Source: an uncultured Olsenella sp.
Lineage (GTDB): Bacteria > Actinomycetota > Coriobacteriia > Coriobacteriales > Atopobiaceae
Direction: 5' to 3'
Assembly (NCBI GenBank): GCA_949287905.1
Contig: CASEHX010000009.1
Coordinates: 23,365-87,364, forward strand
Length of the DNA: 64,000 nt
Part shown: in pieces, positions 18,197-28,595 of the stretch
Layout: every line of letters starts with the position of its first letter
Numbering within the stretch: position 1 is the first letter of the stretch
Notes under the pieces: model-generated
What the model saw: the letters and a program-made list of their open reading frames with translations, nothing else
Told to the model about the DNA's origin: nothing
Databases searched by the model: none
Program-made: the position numbers and the translations under genes

Positions 18197-19012
18197 ATGG
18201 CGGACGTTCGAGAAGAGCTCGCGCGCGTGCTAAGGGCGGCCTGCGACGAGGTTGACATGCGCCTGGAGGCGTTTCTCGCCAATCCGGACGACGTCGAGAC
18301 CATCCACAAGCTGCGCATCTCCATCCGCACGCTGAGAAGTCTGCTGGCGTTTGTCTCCCCGTTCCTCAAGCGCCTCCGCCATCGCCTGCTTCAGGCGGAC
18401 CTGCGGTCGGTGGTGATAGAGACCTCGCGCCTGCGCGAGTACGACGTGATGCTGAGGGACGTCCGTGCGCTGGGCGCGCCGTGCGGCGAGCTCCCTGAGA
18501 GGATCGGCGAGCTTCGTGCCCTCGAGCGCAACCGCGTGGTGGGCGTCATGGGAGGTCGCCACACCCGCCAGGCGCTGGCCCGCGTTCGCAGGCGCGTGGA
18601 GGCGCTTCCCTGGAAGGACTCGGTGCGCGGGCGCGGCGTGACGAGAGACGACGTGCTCGCCGTCTTCGACGAGCTCGTGCGCACCGTGGACGAGGGGTAT
18701 GCCTCCGTCGACCGCACGGACGCAGACGCCGTGCACACGCTGCGCAAGCGCTCCAAGCGCGTTCGCTACGTGGGGGAGTCGTTCGGCGCACTGCTCGGCG
18801 AGCAGGCGGTTGCCGAGGGCGCCCGGATGAAGGGGGTCCAGGACGAGCTCGGCGACGTCTGCGACGCCCGCGTCAACGCGGGGATGGCGCGCGACCTTCT
18901 CGCCCTGGGGCTCTCCGACGAGGCACGTGGCGCGCTCGAGGCCCTTCTCGGCCGGAACGAGGGGTTCGTGGAGGAGTTTGTGGCGGGGGCGGCGTCTGAC
19001 GGCATGGATTAA
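18197..19012 (+). CDS. CHAD-domain protein
   Basis: IHKLRISIRTLRSLL, HTLRKRSKRVRY, QDELGDVCD. Confidence 0.88.
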   Translation: MADVREELARVLRAACDEVDMRLEAFLANPDDVETIHKLRISIRTLRSLLAFVSPFLKRLRHRLLQADLRSVVIETSRLREYDVMLRDVRALGAPCGELPERIGELRALERNRVVGVMGGRHTRQALARVRRRVEALPWKDSVRGRGVTRDDVLAVFDELVRTVDEGYASVDRTDADAVHTLRKRSKRVRYVGESFGALLGEQAVAEGARMKGVQDELGDVCDARVNAGMARDLLALGLSDEARGALEALLGRNEGFVEEFVAGAASDGMD

Positions 19013-19084
19013 CACGCACGACGTGTTTCGATTCCCTATATTCCCAGTTGAGATTTACGCGCATTGCAAACCGTGCGTGTTAAT
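19008..19084. repeat. Inverted-repeat element between convergent genes
   Basis: Perfect 13-bp arms ATTAACACGCACG/CGTGCGTGTTAAT containing both TAA stops. Confidence 0.7.
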
Positions 19085-20219
19085 CGGCGCGGGACCCTTC
19101 GTGGCGCACGGGAATCCCGGCCGCGCGGGCGGCGTCGAGCAGCTCGGCGTTGCGGGCGTTCATGGTGCCGAACCCGCTCGTGCAGCAGACGACCTCATGG
19201 CAGGCGAGAAGAACCTCGCGGGCGCGTGCCGCTGACTCTGCGCTCACGGGTTCGAAGTCCCGCTCGAAGATCGCCAGCGTGGCAAGGCTGCGCGCGAGCA
19301 GACCGTCCGCGTCGTGCTCGTGCAGCACGCCCGTGGCAAACGGCACGCCCTCGCGCGCGAGCCGTCGGAAGCACGTCGCTCCCGTGCCGCCGCCCGCGAT
19401 GACAAAGACCTCCGGCTCGCCCTCGGGTCGCGCGAGCTCGACGCTGCCGAAGGCCGGGTCGAAGGCGCCCGGCGCTAGGTCGTAGAGCTCGGCGACGCGC
19501 TCGGCGGTGAAGACCTCGTCCGGCGAGCCCTGGCACATGACGCGCCCGTCCCTGATGCAGATCACATGGTCGGCGGCCTTCTGGGCGAGGTCGACCTCGT
19601 GCAGGGACGCCACCACGGCGATGCCGCGCTCGCGCGCCTCGCGGCGCAGGAGCTGCAGGACGTCCAGCTGGGAGCGTACGTCCAGGTATGACGTGGGCTC
19701 GTCGAGCAGCAGCACGCGCGGCTCCTGGCAGAGCGCCCGGGCGAGAAGGACGCGCTGCCGCTGGCCGTCGCTCACGTGCGCGAAGTCGCGCTCCGCCAGG
19801 CCGAGCACGCCCGTCGCGGACATCGCCGCGGCGACGGTCTCGTGGTCCTTCTCGCCGAGGACGCCAAGACGGCCCGTGAACGGGTAGCGGCCCGCCTCCA
19901 CCACGTCGCGGCAGGTGAGGAGCTCCGTCTGCGGGCGGCCCGTGAGCATGACGGACATGGTGCGGGCACGCTCTGCTGCGGGGACGTCGCCCAGCGTCCG
20001 TCCAAAGAGCTCAACGACGCCGCCGAGCGCGCGCAGCTGCCCGGCAACGGTGCGCAGGATCGTTGTCTTGCCCGATCCGTTGGGACCGATCAGCGCCACA
20101 ACCTGCCCGGGTCTCACGGCAAGGCAGACATCCCGCACGAGTGCGCGTCGGCCGTGCCCCACGTCCAGCCCCCGTAGCTCGAGGGCGCGCGCTGGCCCCT
20201 GGCTCTTCTCGGCGCTCAT
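19080..20219 (-). CDS. Iron/cobalamin-type ABC transporter ATP-binding protein
   Basis: GPNGSGKT, VSDGQRQR, LLDEPT. Confidence 0.9.
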   Translation of the reverse strand: MSAEKSQGPARALELRGLDVGHGRRALVRDVCLAVRPGQVVALIGPNGSGKTTILRTVAGQLRALGGVVELFGRTLGDVPAAERARTMSVMLTGRPQTELLTCRDVVEAGRYPFTGRLGVLGEKDHETVAAAMSATGVLGLAERDFAHVSDGQRQRVLLARALCQEPRVLLLDEPTSYLDVRSQLDVLQLLRREARERGIAVVASLHEVDLAQKAADHVICIRDGRVMCQGSPDEVFTAERVAELYDLAPGAFDPAFGSVELARPEGEPEVFVIAGGGTGATCFRRLAREGVPFATGVLHEHDADGLLARSLATLAIFERDFEPVSAESAARAREVLLACHEVVCCTSGFGTMNARNAELLDAARAAGIPVRHEGSRAD

Positions 20220-21253
20220 TTCCCGGCCCTCCCGCGGAGCATGAGGGCAATCACGATGGGCGCGCCAAAGACGGCGGTGACGGCGCTCACGGAGAGCTCG
20301 ACCGGCGAGAAGAGCGTGCGCGCAATGAGGTCGCACCCGCAGCAGAACGCCGCGCCCGTGAGCAGGCACGCGGGCGTCACATGGAGCGGCCGCGACGATC
20401 CCACGCCGCGCTTGGCGAGGTGGGGCGCCGCGATGCCCACGAACGAGACGGGTCCCGCGAAGGCCGCGACGCACGCCGAGAGCAGGCTGGACACCAGCAC
20501 GATGAGCATCCGCAGGCCGCCGACGTTCACGCCCACGCTCTGCGCATGGGGCTCGCCGAGCTGGTAGGCGCCAAGGGGCTTGGAGAGCGCAAAGACCGCG
20601 GCGCCGGCGGCGAGCACCACGACGGCAATGACGCCGACGTCGGTCCACGTGGCACCCGAAAAGCTCCCGCGCGACCAGTTGTCCAGGTTCACGATGGACT
20701 GGTCGTCCGCAAAGGCCACGAGGAAGTTGGTGGCGGCCGAGCAGATGTAGCCCACCATCACGCCGGCCACGATGAGCATGCTCTGGGAGCGCACGCGCCG
20801 CGAGATGAGCAGCACAAAGCCCATCGTGAGAAGCGAGCCGAGAAACGCCGCGCCCACGGACGCCGCGGGGCTCATGACCTGGCCCGCGCCCAGCACCACG
20901 ATCATCACCACGGCCACCACGAGCTTGGCTCCGGATGAGACGCCCAGCACGAAGGGATCGGCGATGGGGTTTGCGAAGAACGTCTGCAGCAGGAACCCGG
21001 AGAGCGAGAGCGCGCCGCCCAGAAGCACCGCCTCGATGGCGCGCGGCAGGCGGATCTGCCAGATGACCTGTGCCGCAGTGGAGGTGTCGCCGGGACCGGC
21101 GGCTAGGATGCGGGCCACCTCCGCGGGCGACGTCTCAACGCTGCCCAGACACAGGCTCGCCACAAAGAGCGCGCCCAGGGCGAGAAGGACCACCAGGTCA
21201 AACGTCACCACCCGCCGCATGCGCGCGTCCTTGTCGCCCGTCGCGCGCGCCAC
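20216..21253 (-). CDS. FecCD/BtuC-type ABC permease (start approximate)
   Basis: IRLPR, NPIADPFVLGVSSGA, GPVSFVGIAAPH. Confidence 0.9.
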   Translation of the reverse strand: MARATGDKDARMRRVVTFDLVVLLALGALFVASLCLGSVETSPAEVARILAAGPGDTSTAAQVIWQIRLPRAIEAVLLGGALSLSGFLLQTFFANPIADPFVLGVSSGAKLVVAVVMIVVLGAGQVMSPAASVGAAFLGSLLTMGFVLLISRRVRSQSMLIVAGVMVGYICSAATNFLVAFADDQSIVNLDNWSRGSFSGATWTDVGVIAVVVLAAGAAVFALSKPLGAYQLGEPHAQSVGVNVGGLRMLIVLVSSLLSACVAAFAGPVSFVGIAAPHLAKRGVGSSRPLHVTPACLLTGAAFCCGCDLIARTLFSPVELSVSAVTAVFGAPIVIALMLRGRAGK

Positions 21254-21254
21254 G

Positions 21255-22397
21255 CTAGCCCAGCCTCCAGAAGAAGGCGGCGGGCTCGCCCGAGCCGCTG
21301 AGGGCGGCGCGCAGGTCCAAGATGATGTCCGCCATGCTGGTGATCTGCTGGTAGAGGTTTGCGTCACAGGTCCAGACGTCGCCGTTGCGCACGGCGCGGA
21401 AGTCCGCGAGCAGCGCGTTCTTCTCGACAAGCTCCTCGAGGCTGGTCACGCCGTCGTCGATCGTGCCGTTGTAGATGATGACATCGGCGTCGCGTGCGCC
21501 CTCGTAGAAGCGCTCCATCTCCACGGTCACGGTGGTGGGGGAGGAGTCGGTGGCGCCCTCCTCGGCAAAGCTCACGTACTCGCCGCCCGCGGCCTCGATC
21601 ATCTGGCAGAAGTAGTCGCCGTTACGGCGCGTCACGGCGGCGCCGTCCTCGTTCACGTAGAAGAAGGCCACGGACCTGCCGAGCGGCCCCTCGGCGGCCG
21701 CCTCCGCCACGCGGGTCGCCACGTTGTCAAAGACCTCAGCCGCCTCGTCCTCGCGGTCGAAGAGGGTGCCCATGAGCTTGATCCACTCCAGGCGCCCGAG
21801 CATGTCCTCCTCGCGGCTCGACTGCTCCATGAGGACGGTCACGCCCAGCTCCTCGAGCTTGGCGCGGACCTCGGGCACATGGTCGATGTTGGTGTTCTCG
21901 ATGGCGAGCGGGCAGCCTTTGGCCGTGATGAGCTCGTAGTCGGGGGCGCGGTAGAGGCCGCCGTAGGTGATGGTCCCGTCCTCCAGACGCTCGGTGAAGG
22001 CGGGAACGGGGGAGTCCTCGGCGCGTACGGAGGAGACGCCAATCGCGTCCAGCGCTCCGATGGCGTCCACGAGGCAGATCATGCCGGTGGAGACCAGGTA
22101 GACGTTGGCGAGCGGCTGCCGGATCACGGCTACGTCGGCAGGCAGGCCCGCCGGGGGCTCCGCGCCCTCGGGTACGACGAGCAGGCGGTCGCCGCTGGCA
22201 AGGCTTGCGAGCCGGAAGCCGCCCTCGTAGGCGTCGAGCGAGAACTGCGTGGCGTGGGAGAGGGCCAGCGGCGTGACCTTGCCGAGAGCGCCAAGCCCCT
22301 CCGCCTGCGCGCCTCCGCCTTCCTCGGCGGAGCAGCCTGCCAGTGCCAGCGGCATGAGAAGCCCGAGGGCCACGGCGGATCTGCGGGTAAGTGACAT
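21255..22397 (-). CDS. Iron/cobalamin-type ABC substrate-binding lipoprotein
   Basis: TRR plus LAGC lipobox; PDYELI, GRLEWIK. Confidence 0.88.
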   Translation of the reverse strand: MSLTRRSAVALGLLMPLALAGCSAEEGGGAQAEGLGALGKVTPLALSHATQFSLDAYEGGFRLASLASGDRLLVVPEGAEPPAGLPADVAVIRQPLANVYLVSTGMICLVDAIGALDAIGVSSVRAEDSPVPAFTERLEDGTITYGGLYRAPDYELITAKGCPLAIENTNIDHVPEVRAKLEELGVTVLMEQSSREEDMLGRLEWIKLMGTLFDREDEAAEVFDNVATRVAEAAAEGPLGRSVAFFYVNEDGAAVTRRNGDYFCQMIEAAGGEYVSFAEEGATDSSPTTVTVEMERFYEGARDADVIIYNGTIDDGVTSLEELVEKNALLADFRAVRNGDVWTCDANLYQQITSMADIILDLRAALSGSGEPAAFFWRLG

Positions 22398-22524
22398 GGC
22401 CCTCCAGTCAGACGAGCGTGCGTCTCAATGATACGTCTACGGGCGACCAGACAAACCTATCGAAAAAGGCCCCCAAAGGGTGCGAACAGGTAGGCGTGCA
22501 GGGTCGGCCAAAGCGGGAGCGGCC

Positions 22525-24609
22525 CTACTGCCCGCAGAGCGCCTGTCGAATGAGCTGGGAGAACGCGACCATTCCCTTGCCGGTGAGATGAATGCCGTCG
22601 TCCACGAGGTACTCGCTGTGTCCCTCGCTCGCCCCGCACCAGTCGATGATTCCCACGTTGGGGTTCTCGGCGGCAAAGTCGCGCAGGATCTCGTTGTTGA
22701 GGTCTTGGAGCTCGAGGGGGCTGCGGATGGTGACAAAGAACATCGGCTTTCCCCCCACGACGTCGATGAGGGCCTGTACCGTTGACTTGTCCCTGATGAG
22801 ACCGTTGCCGCCAAGGGCGAAGACAACGACCTCGGGGTCGTAGCCGCCTGCCACATCTGCCGCGTAGACGTCCTGTCCCACGTAGAGCTGCCGGCTCACC
22901 TTGCCGTCGACCAGGGCGTTGGGGAGCATCTTCCTCAGCTCCGGCGCGGCACCCTCGGTGACGGAGTCGCCGATGATGAGGGCACGGGCATCGCAGGTGC
23001 CGGTCTCGGGATCAAAGCTCCACGACTCCCACGGGAGATTGTCGGGGACCTTCTCGGCAACGGGCGCCGGCCGCTCGGGCTCCTCGGGCTTTTCTTCGGG
23101 CTCCTTCGCGGGCTTCTCGGAGTCCCCCTTCTCAGACGTGGGCTCGGACGGGGCGTTGGTGGCCTCGGACGGGTCGGTCTCGGACGAGTCGTCCTCGGGA
23201 GTGGTGGCCTCGGGAGCCGCGGCCTCGGGCTCTTCCGCGAGCTCGGGGCGCAGAACCGTCGCGCGCTCCTGCGCCATGGCCTGCCAGTCCACCGGCGCAA
23301 ACGCGAGAGCTCCCACCGCGCAGGCCCCAACGACGCCGAGACAGGCGGCCACAGAGGCGGAGGCTATGTCGCGTGCGCGCCGCTTGCCCTTCTCGTGCCC
23401 GAGGAAGCGCGCGCACGGGGCCTCCACCAGGCGATAGAAGACCTCCGCCACGAGCAGAACCAGGATGACCTGCAGCGCCTGCTCCCACCATGTGACGTCC
23501 GTGGTCCGCGTGGCCGGGTTCATGAGGATGAGCATGGGGTAGTGCACAAGGTAGATCGAGAACGAGCGCGTGCCGAGCAGTCGCAGAGGGGCCACGGAGA
23601 GCGCCCGTCCGAGCGGGCATCCGGGAAGCTTGACGCTGGCGAGCAGCGCGGTGGTGACGAGCGCTGCGGCGAGGTAGCCGCCGCGATACATGAGGGGGTC
23701 CTCGCCGTTGGCGAGCACGAAGCCGGCGAGAAGCGCGGCAAGGCAGACGACGCCGACGATCGTGGCAAGAACGGTCGCGGCCGTGCCCGCCTTGACATGC
23801 CTGCCGTCCTTCTCTGCCGAGCCGGGGAGCGCGAGCGCGACGAGCGAACCCGCAAGAAGCTCGGCAGCGCGGGCGTCGGTTCCGTAGTAGACGCGCGTCG
23901 TGTCTCCCGAGGGGTCGAGGAGGAGGGCCATGACGGCAGCGGATGCGAGGATGAGTACGCAGGTGAGTGCGGTCCCGCGGCGGCGCGCGCCTCTGTGCGT
24001 TCGAGCGGTGCGCCAGATCGCCATGAGCACGAGAGGCCATACGACGTAGAACTGCATGACCACGCCGAGGTACCACAGGTGCGTGAGCGGCGAGGGCAGG
24101 CCCGCCGCCTGGAAGTACGGAACCTGGCGGAAGATGTAGGACCAGTTGCCAAAGAAGAGAGACCCGGGGAGGGCGTCCGCCTGGACCTTGGGGAGGAGGC
24201 TCGGGCTAACGAGATAGGTGCCCAGAGCCGTAAGTGCAACGATCACGAGCACCGGCGGGAGCAGACGAACGACTCGCTTGAGGAGATAGCCCCCGTAACT
24301 AAACGCCTCTCGGTCAAGTGCGCTCGTGACGCTTCGCGTGGCGAGAAAGCCCGTGATCACGAGAAAGACCGTGACCCCGAGAAACCCGCCCGCAAGCACC
24401 GAGGGCCGCAGATGGTAGAGCACCACGCCGATGATGGCGACGGCACGCAGTCCGTCGAGGGCGCCGATGCGCTGTGCCGACGCTCCTCCTTTGGTTGCCG
24501 AATGGGCGGTTTTCTCGGCAGCTTTATTTCGTGCGGTGCCGGTGGTGGTTGCAAAGTGCGAGGGCATTCTCGGTGCGGTCGCCCCGCTGGCTTGCGCGTG
24601 ATTTGTCAT
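22525..24609 (-). CDS. OatA-like acyltransferase (AT3 plus SGNH)
   Basis: LDGLRAVA, GGFLGV, HLWYL, YYGTD; C-terminal GDS...DGIHL. Confidence 0.88.
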   Translation of the reverse strand: MTNHAQASGATAPRMPSHFATTTGTARNKAAEKTAHSATKGGASAQRIGALDGLRAVAIIGVVLYHLRPSVLAGGFLGVTVFLVITGFLATRSVTSALDREAFSYGGYLLKRVVRLLPPVLVIVALTALGTYLVSPSLLPKVQADALPGSLFFGNWSYIFRQVPYFQAAGLPSPLTHLWYLGVVMQFYVVWPLVLMAIWRTARTHRGARRRGTALTCVLILASAAVMALLLDPSGDTTRVYYGTDARAAELLAGSLVALALPGSAEKDGRHVKAGTAATVLATIVGVVCLAALLAGFVLANGEDPLMYRGGYLAAALVTTALLASVKLPGCPLGRALSVAPLRLLGTRSFSIYLVHYPMLILMNPATRTTDVTWWEQALQVILVLLVAEVFYRLVEAPCARFLGHEKGKRRARDIASASVAACLGVVGACAVGALAFAPVDWQAMAQERATVLRPELAEEPEAAAPEATTPEDDSSETDPSEATNAPSEPTSEKGDSEKPAKEPEEKPEEPERPAPVAEKVPDNLPWESWSFDPETGTCDARALIIGDSVTEGAAPELRKMLPNALVDGKVSRQLYVGQDVYAADVAGGYDPEVVVFALGGNGLIRDKSTVQALIDVVGGKPMFFVTIRSPLELQDLNNEILRDFAAENPNVGIIDWCGASEGHSEYLVDDGIHLTGKGMVAFSQLIRQALCGQ

Positions 24610-24680
24610 GCGGGCTCCTTTCCGGCTCCCCATTGTAGGAGGTTCGGGGCGCCGAAGGCGTGCGGCCTGCCTGCCTATGA

Positions 24681-24962
24681 CGGTTGTGCGCACCGTCGGC
24701 GGTTGTGCGCAGTCCCGACGGTTGTGCGCACCGCCGACGGCTATGCGCACCTCTGGAGCGCCTCGTTATTCTCGTCATGCTCCTGAGCTCGGAATATAGC
24801 AAATGAATCTTTGCGCACAACCGTTACGAGTGCGCACAGCCGCCGCGGGTGCGCATAACCGTAACGAGTGCTCACAACCGGCACGAGTGCGCACAATCGC
24901 CAACAGCGTGCACAACCGGCGCAAGTGCGCACAACCGCCGGGGAGATTGCGCCCGCAACCGG
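24681..24962. repeat. Inverted tandem arrays of a 19-bp unit (element 1)
   Basis: 4x CGGTTGTGCGCA-N7, AT-richer core, then 7-8x TGCGCACAACCG-N7. Confidence 0.85.
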
Positions 24963-25055
24963 CAACACGCTCAGAATCATGTAAAGTTTCATATGTTGGC
25001 AAAGGAGGCGGGGAATCGGCGTGACGTGTGTCGCGCGCCGCCGAGAGGAGCTGTC

Positions 25056-25886
25056 ATGCGCGTCGAGAAGATCGAGCTGCCGGGAGCTGGCCACGGGGCA
25101 AAGATTCCCACGCTCACGGCATACGTGCAGGACAACATAGAGGACCGGGCCGCGCGTCGGAGGCCGGCTGCGCTGATCTGCCCGGGCGGCGGCTACGCGT
25201 TTTGCTCCGACCGCGAGGGTGAGCCGATCGCCCTGGCCCTTCTCGCCCGCGGATATCAGGCCTTTGTCCTTGACTACACGGTGATCGATGCCGCCGAGGC
25301 AGCGCCACTGCTGCCCGCGCCGCAGATGGACCTCGCCCGCGCGCTGGCACTTGTGCGCTCTCGTGCTGGTGACTGGCACGTTGACGAGGCGCGCATCGGG
25401 CTCGTCGGCTGCTCGGCCGGCGCGCACCTGTGTGCCACGTACACGGCGCTCACGCGAGACGACGCGTTTCTCGCCCGCGCGGGAGTCTCCGCCGCGGAGG
25501 CGCGCGTTGCGTGGCAGGTGCTCTGCTACCCGGTCGTCGACCTCGAGGCCGGTTGGCCGCCGGACCCCGCGTACGCCGCGCGCATCTGCGAGGAGGGCTC
25601 ACCCCTGCGGCACGCCCAGGATCTGGTGAGCGACGCCACGCCGCCCACCTTCCTTTGGCACACGGCAGTCGACGAGACGGTCCCGGTGCGCAACGCCTAT
25701 CTCCTTGCGGGGGCCCTCGCCGCGCACGGGGTGGACCACGAGTGCCATGTCTTCCACGCAGGGCGCCACGGCCTCTCGCTCGCCACGGAGCAGACCTCGC
25801 ACTATGCGGGCGACGCGCTGCCCCATCTTGCCCGCTGGTTCGACCTTGCCCTGGAGTGGGCCGGCGAGCTCATGGGAGAGAAGTAG
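25056..25886 (+). CDS. Alpha/beta hydrolase (esterase)
   Basis: CPGGGY, GCSAGAH, TPPTFLWHT, HGLSLA. Confidence 0.9.
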   Translation: MRVEKIELPGAGHGAKIPTLTAYVQDNIEDRAARRRPAALICPGGGYAFCSDREGEPIALALLARGYQAFVLDYTVIDAAEAAPLLPAPQMDLARALALVRSRAGDWHVDEARIGLVGCSAGAHLCATYTALTRDDAFLARAGVSAAEARVAWQVLCYPVVDLEAGWPPDPAYAARICEEGSPLRHAQDLVSDATPPTFLWHTAVDETVPVRNAYLLAGALAAHGVDHECHVFHAGRHGLSLATEQTSHYAGDALPHLARWFDLALEWAGELMGEK

Positions 25887-25922
25887 CCGTGGGGCGAGAA
25901 CGTCTCCCGCGGCGACAAAGGC

Positions 25923-26569
25923 ATGCCCGTCGAGAGCGCGGCGGCACCCGCAAGACGCGTTGACCGACGCGTGCGCCGGAGCCGCCGGGCCATCATCGAG
26001 GCCTTTGACCGACTGATCATGGACGAGGCCATCGACCAGATCACCGTGAGCCTGATCGCGCGCGAGGCCGACGTCGACCGCAAGACCTTCTCGACCGCAA
26101 GACCTTCTACCAGCATTTTGGCTCTATCGACGGGCTGCTCGACGCAATCGCCGAGGACGTGGTCACCGAGCTGCTGGACAAGGTCGAGCGCGTCGTGCAG
26201 GCCAGCCCGGGTGGTTCCGATCAACGCCCCCTGCGCACCTTCCTCGCGTCCCTCACCGAGCATCTGAGCAAGAACCTCCTTCTGGGGCAGCGCTACTGCG
26301 AGCACGTGCCCTCCGAGCTGCTCTTGGAGCATCTTGCGCGTCTGCTCGTGCGTCAGTGCGTGGACAGGGGGTTCGTGAGCGAGGACATCCCGGACGACGA
26401 GCTGGAGATGCTTCTCGCCCATGGGCTCGGCGGGCTCTTCTCGCTGTATCGCTGGTGGCTGCTCTCGGACCGAATGCTGACGATTGCCGAGGTGACGCAG
26501 CTGGCCTGCCAGCTTGTAGAGGGCGGCGTGTCGTCGTTTGTGAAAGAGGGGGAGCGGGCGCTTCGCTAG
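25923..26569 (+). pseudogene. TetR/AcrR regulator frameshifted by a 17-bp tandem duplication
   Basis: TCGACCGCAAGACCTTC at 26074-26090 and 26091-26107; removing one copy restores ADVDRKTFYQHFGSIDGLL. Confidence 0.9.
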
Positions 26570-26576
26570 TCGGCGA

Positions 26577-26761
26577 CGGTTATGCGCAACCTTGACGGTT
26601 ATGCGCACCGCCGGGGCGCTTCGATTTTCTCGCTAAGCCTTTGACGTTGGAATATAGAAAACGAATCTGTGTGCGTAACCGCCGCGATTGCGCATAGCCG
26701 CCGCGAGTGCGCATAACCGCCGCGATTGCGCATAGCCGTCGGCGGCGCGCATAACCGCCGG
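26577..26761. repeat. Inverted tandem arrays of a 19-bp unit (element 2)
   Basis: 2x CGGTTATGCGCA-N7, same GGAATATAG..GAATC core, 5x TGCGCATARCCG-like units. Confidence 0.85.
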
Positions 26762-26765
26762 CAAG

Positions 26766-26803
26766 AGGCCCGCCCGCCGGGGGTGAGCGGCGGGCGGGCC
26801 TTT
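26766..26803. terminator. GC-rich hairpin between convergent genes
   Basis: AGGCCCGCCCGCC...GGCGGGCGGGCCT followed by TT. Confidence 0.6.
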
Positions 26804-26826
26804 CTCGGCCGAGTCTGCGAGAAGGG

Positions 26827-27303
26827 CTACTTCACCGTGAGCACCGGCACGTCAACGGAGCGGAGCACGCCAAAGCTCACGCTTCCGATCATGCCGCGCA
26901 GCGCTCCCAGGCCACGCCGCCCCATCACAACGAGGTCGATGTCGTGGCTCTTCACGTAGTCCGCGATGCCCTCCACCGGGGAGTCCGCGATGACCGCGTC
27001 CGCCACGATCTTGCACTCCGCATCGTCGCGCGCCTGGTCGATGACGGCCTGGGCGTCGGAGCTCGCGCGCTCGACGGTCGCCTCCATGATGCGCTCGTAC
27101 GTGCTCGGATCGCCGAGGGCGTAGGGCACGTCAAGGCTGCCGTCGCTCAGCAGCGTTGGATTGGGGAGCGCGGCAGAGGGGATGACGGTCACCACGCTGA
27201 CCTTTGCCTCGGGATAGGGGCCCGCCAAGCCGAGCGCTATGTGAAGGGCGCTCTTTGCGTGGTCGGACTCGTCGTAGGGGACCAGGATGTTTTTGAAGTA
27301 CAT
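26827..27303 (-). CDS. Universal stress protein
   Basis: FKNILVPYDES, DLVVMGRRGLG, GSVSFGVL. Confidence 0.92.
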   Translation of the reverse strand: MYFKNILVPYDESDHAKSALHIALGLAGPYPEAKVSVVTVIPSAALPNPTLLSDGSLDVPYALGDPSTYERIMEATVERASSDAQAVIDQARDDAECKIVADAVIADSPVEGIADYVKSHDIDLVVMGRRGLGALRGMIGSVSFGVLRSVDVPVLTVK

Positions 27304-27490
27304 GGTTACCTCCCTCAAGACGAAACCGGGACCTACCTGCGTTATACCCGTCGTCCGACGAATGACGTGGGGGCTCGGTGAGCGTAGGCGAGAAGCCCGT
27401 GGACGCGTGACAAAGGGGTCGTAGCCGAGTGTCACCTATGATGTGACAAAGGGGTCGTAGCCGAGTGTCACGTTTGTGTGGGAGGCGGTC

Positions 27491-28330
27491 ATGCTCGTCA
27501 CGGTGCTCATGGAGAACAGCACGCCCTCGAGCCGTCTTGCCGCGCGACACGGCCTCTCCCTGTGGGTCGAGCTGGCAGACGGCCGTCACGTTCTCTTTGA
27601 CATGGGGCCGGACGACGGGTTTCTCGCCAACGCGCACGTTCTCGAGGTGGATGTGACGTCGGCCGACCTAGCGGTTCTCAGCCATGGTCACTACGACCAC
27701 GGCGGCGGGCTCCGCGCGTTTCTCGCCGCCTGTGCGAAGGCGGGGCGCGACGTGCCCGTCTACGTTCGAGACCATGCCTTTGAGGAGCACGTCTCCGGAA
27801 CGCCCGCGCGCCACCACGACATCGGGCTTGATCCGGGGCTGGCCACCGATCCGCATGTCCACGTGGTTGGCGAGAAGCGCGAACTGGGCGGCGGACTCGT
27901 GCTCTTCTCTACGGAGCGGCGCTCACATCCTGCGGCCCGGTCGAACAAACGCCTGCTCATGCGCGATGAGGACGACGCGCTCGTCCCGGACACCTTTGCC
28001 CATGAGCAGAGCCTTCTGGTGAAGGAGGGTGGTCGGCGGATTCTTGTCTCGGGGTGCTCACACGGGGGAATCCTCAACCTGATGGACGCCGCCGAGCAGG
28101 TGGCCGGCGCGCCGCTGGACGCGGTTGTGGCAGGCTTCCACCTCATGGATCCGAGCGGGGGAGCGGTGGAGGACGCGGAGCTCACTCGTGCGTTGGCCCG
28201 GGAGCTGGCGGCGCGAGGCACCTCCTATTACACCTTCCACTGCACCGGCACCGACGCGTTCTCGATTCTGCGCGACGAGCTCGGCGAGCGAGTTCGCTAC
28301 CTCCATGTGGGTAGTCGTGCGGATGTGTGA
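27491..28330 (+). CDS. MBL-fold metallo-hydrolase
   Basis: HGLS, LSHGHYDHGGG, SGCSHGG, GFHL, HCTG. Confidence 0.9.
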   Translation: MLVTVLMENSTPSSRLAARHGLSLWVELADGRHVLFDMGPDDGFLANAHVLEVDVTSADLAVLSHGHYDHGGGLRAFLAACAKAGRDVPVYVRDHAFEEHVSGTPARHHDIGLDPGLATDPHVHVVGEKRELGGGLVLFSTERRSHPAARSNKRLLMRDEDDALVPDTFAHEQSLLVKEGGRRILVSGCSHGGILNLMDAAEQVAGAPLDAVVAGFHLMDPSGGAVEDAELTRALARELAARGTSYYTFHCTGTDAFSILRDELGERVRYLHVGSRADV

Positions 28331-28376
28331 CGCCGCGCCTGGGTACAATTGCACGTAGTCGTGTTGGGAGGTCCTC

Positions 28377-28583
28377 ATGCCCCAGATAGTCAGCGTTCTT
28401 CTCGCCCTGCTCATCGTTGCGTTTGTGGTCTCGCTGGTGATTTCTTTTCTGGTGAACATCGTTGCCGGCGCCCTCTCGATGCTGCCGGCGATCTTTGTAA
28501 TCGTTGCGGTTTGGTTCTTTGTGAAGGGAGGCAGGATCCACATCGAGCTGCCCGGTCGTCGCGACCGAGACGACCGCTATTAG
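28377..28583 (+). CDS. Small membrane protein
   Basis: RBS GGGAGG; two hydrophobic helices. Confidence 0.65.
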   Translation: MPQIVSVLLALLIVAFVVSLVISFLVNIVAGALSMLPAIFVIVAVWFFVKGGRIHIELPGRRDRDDRY

Positions 28584-28595
28584 GGGGAGGGAACC

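Noticed and set aside
22398..22524. Cobalamin riboswitch upstream of the iron/B12-type ABC operon
   Set aside because: Gap is short and I see no B12-box or GGGAA/GCCACTG consensus
24681..26761. CRISPR array
   Set aside because: Units are 19 bp with only 7 variable bases, arranged in inverted blocks; no cas genes in the window
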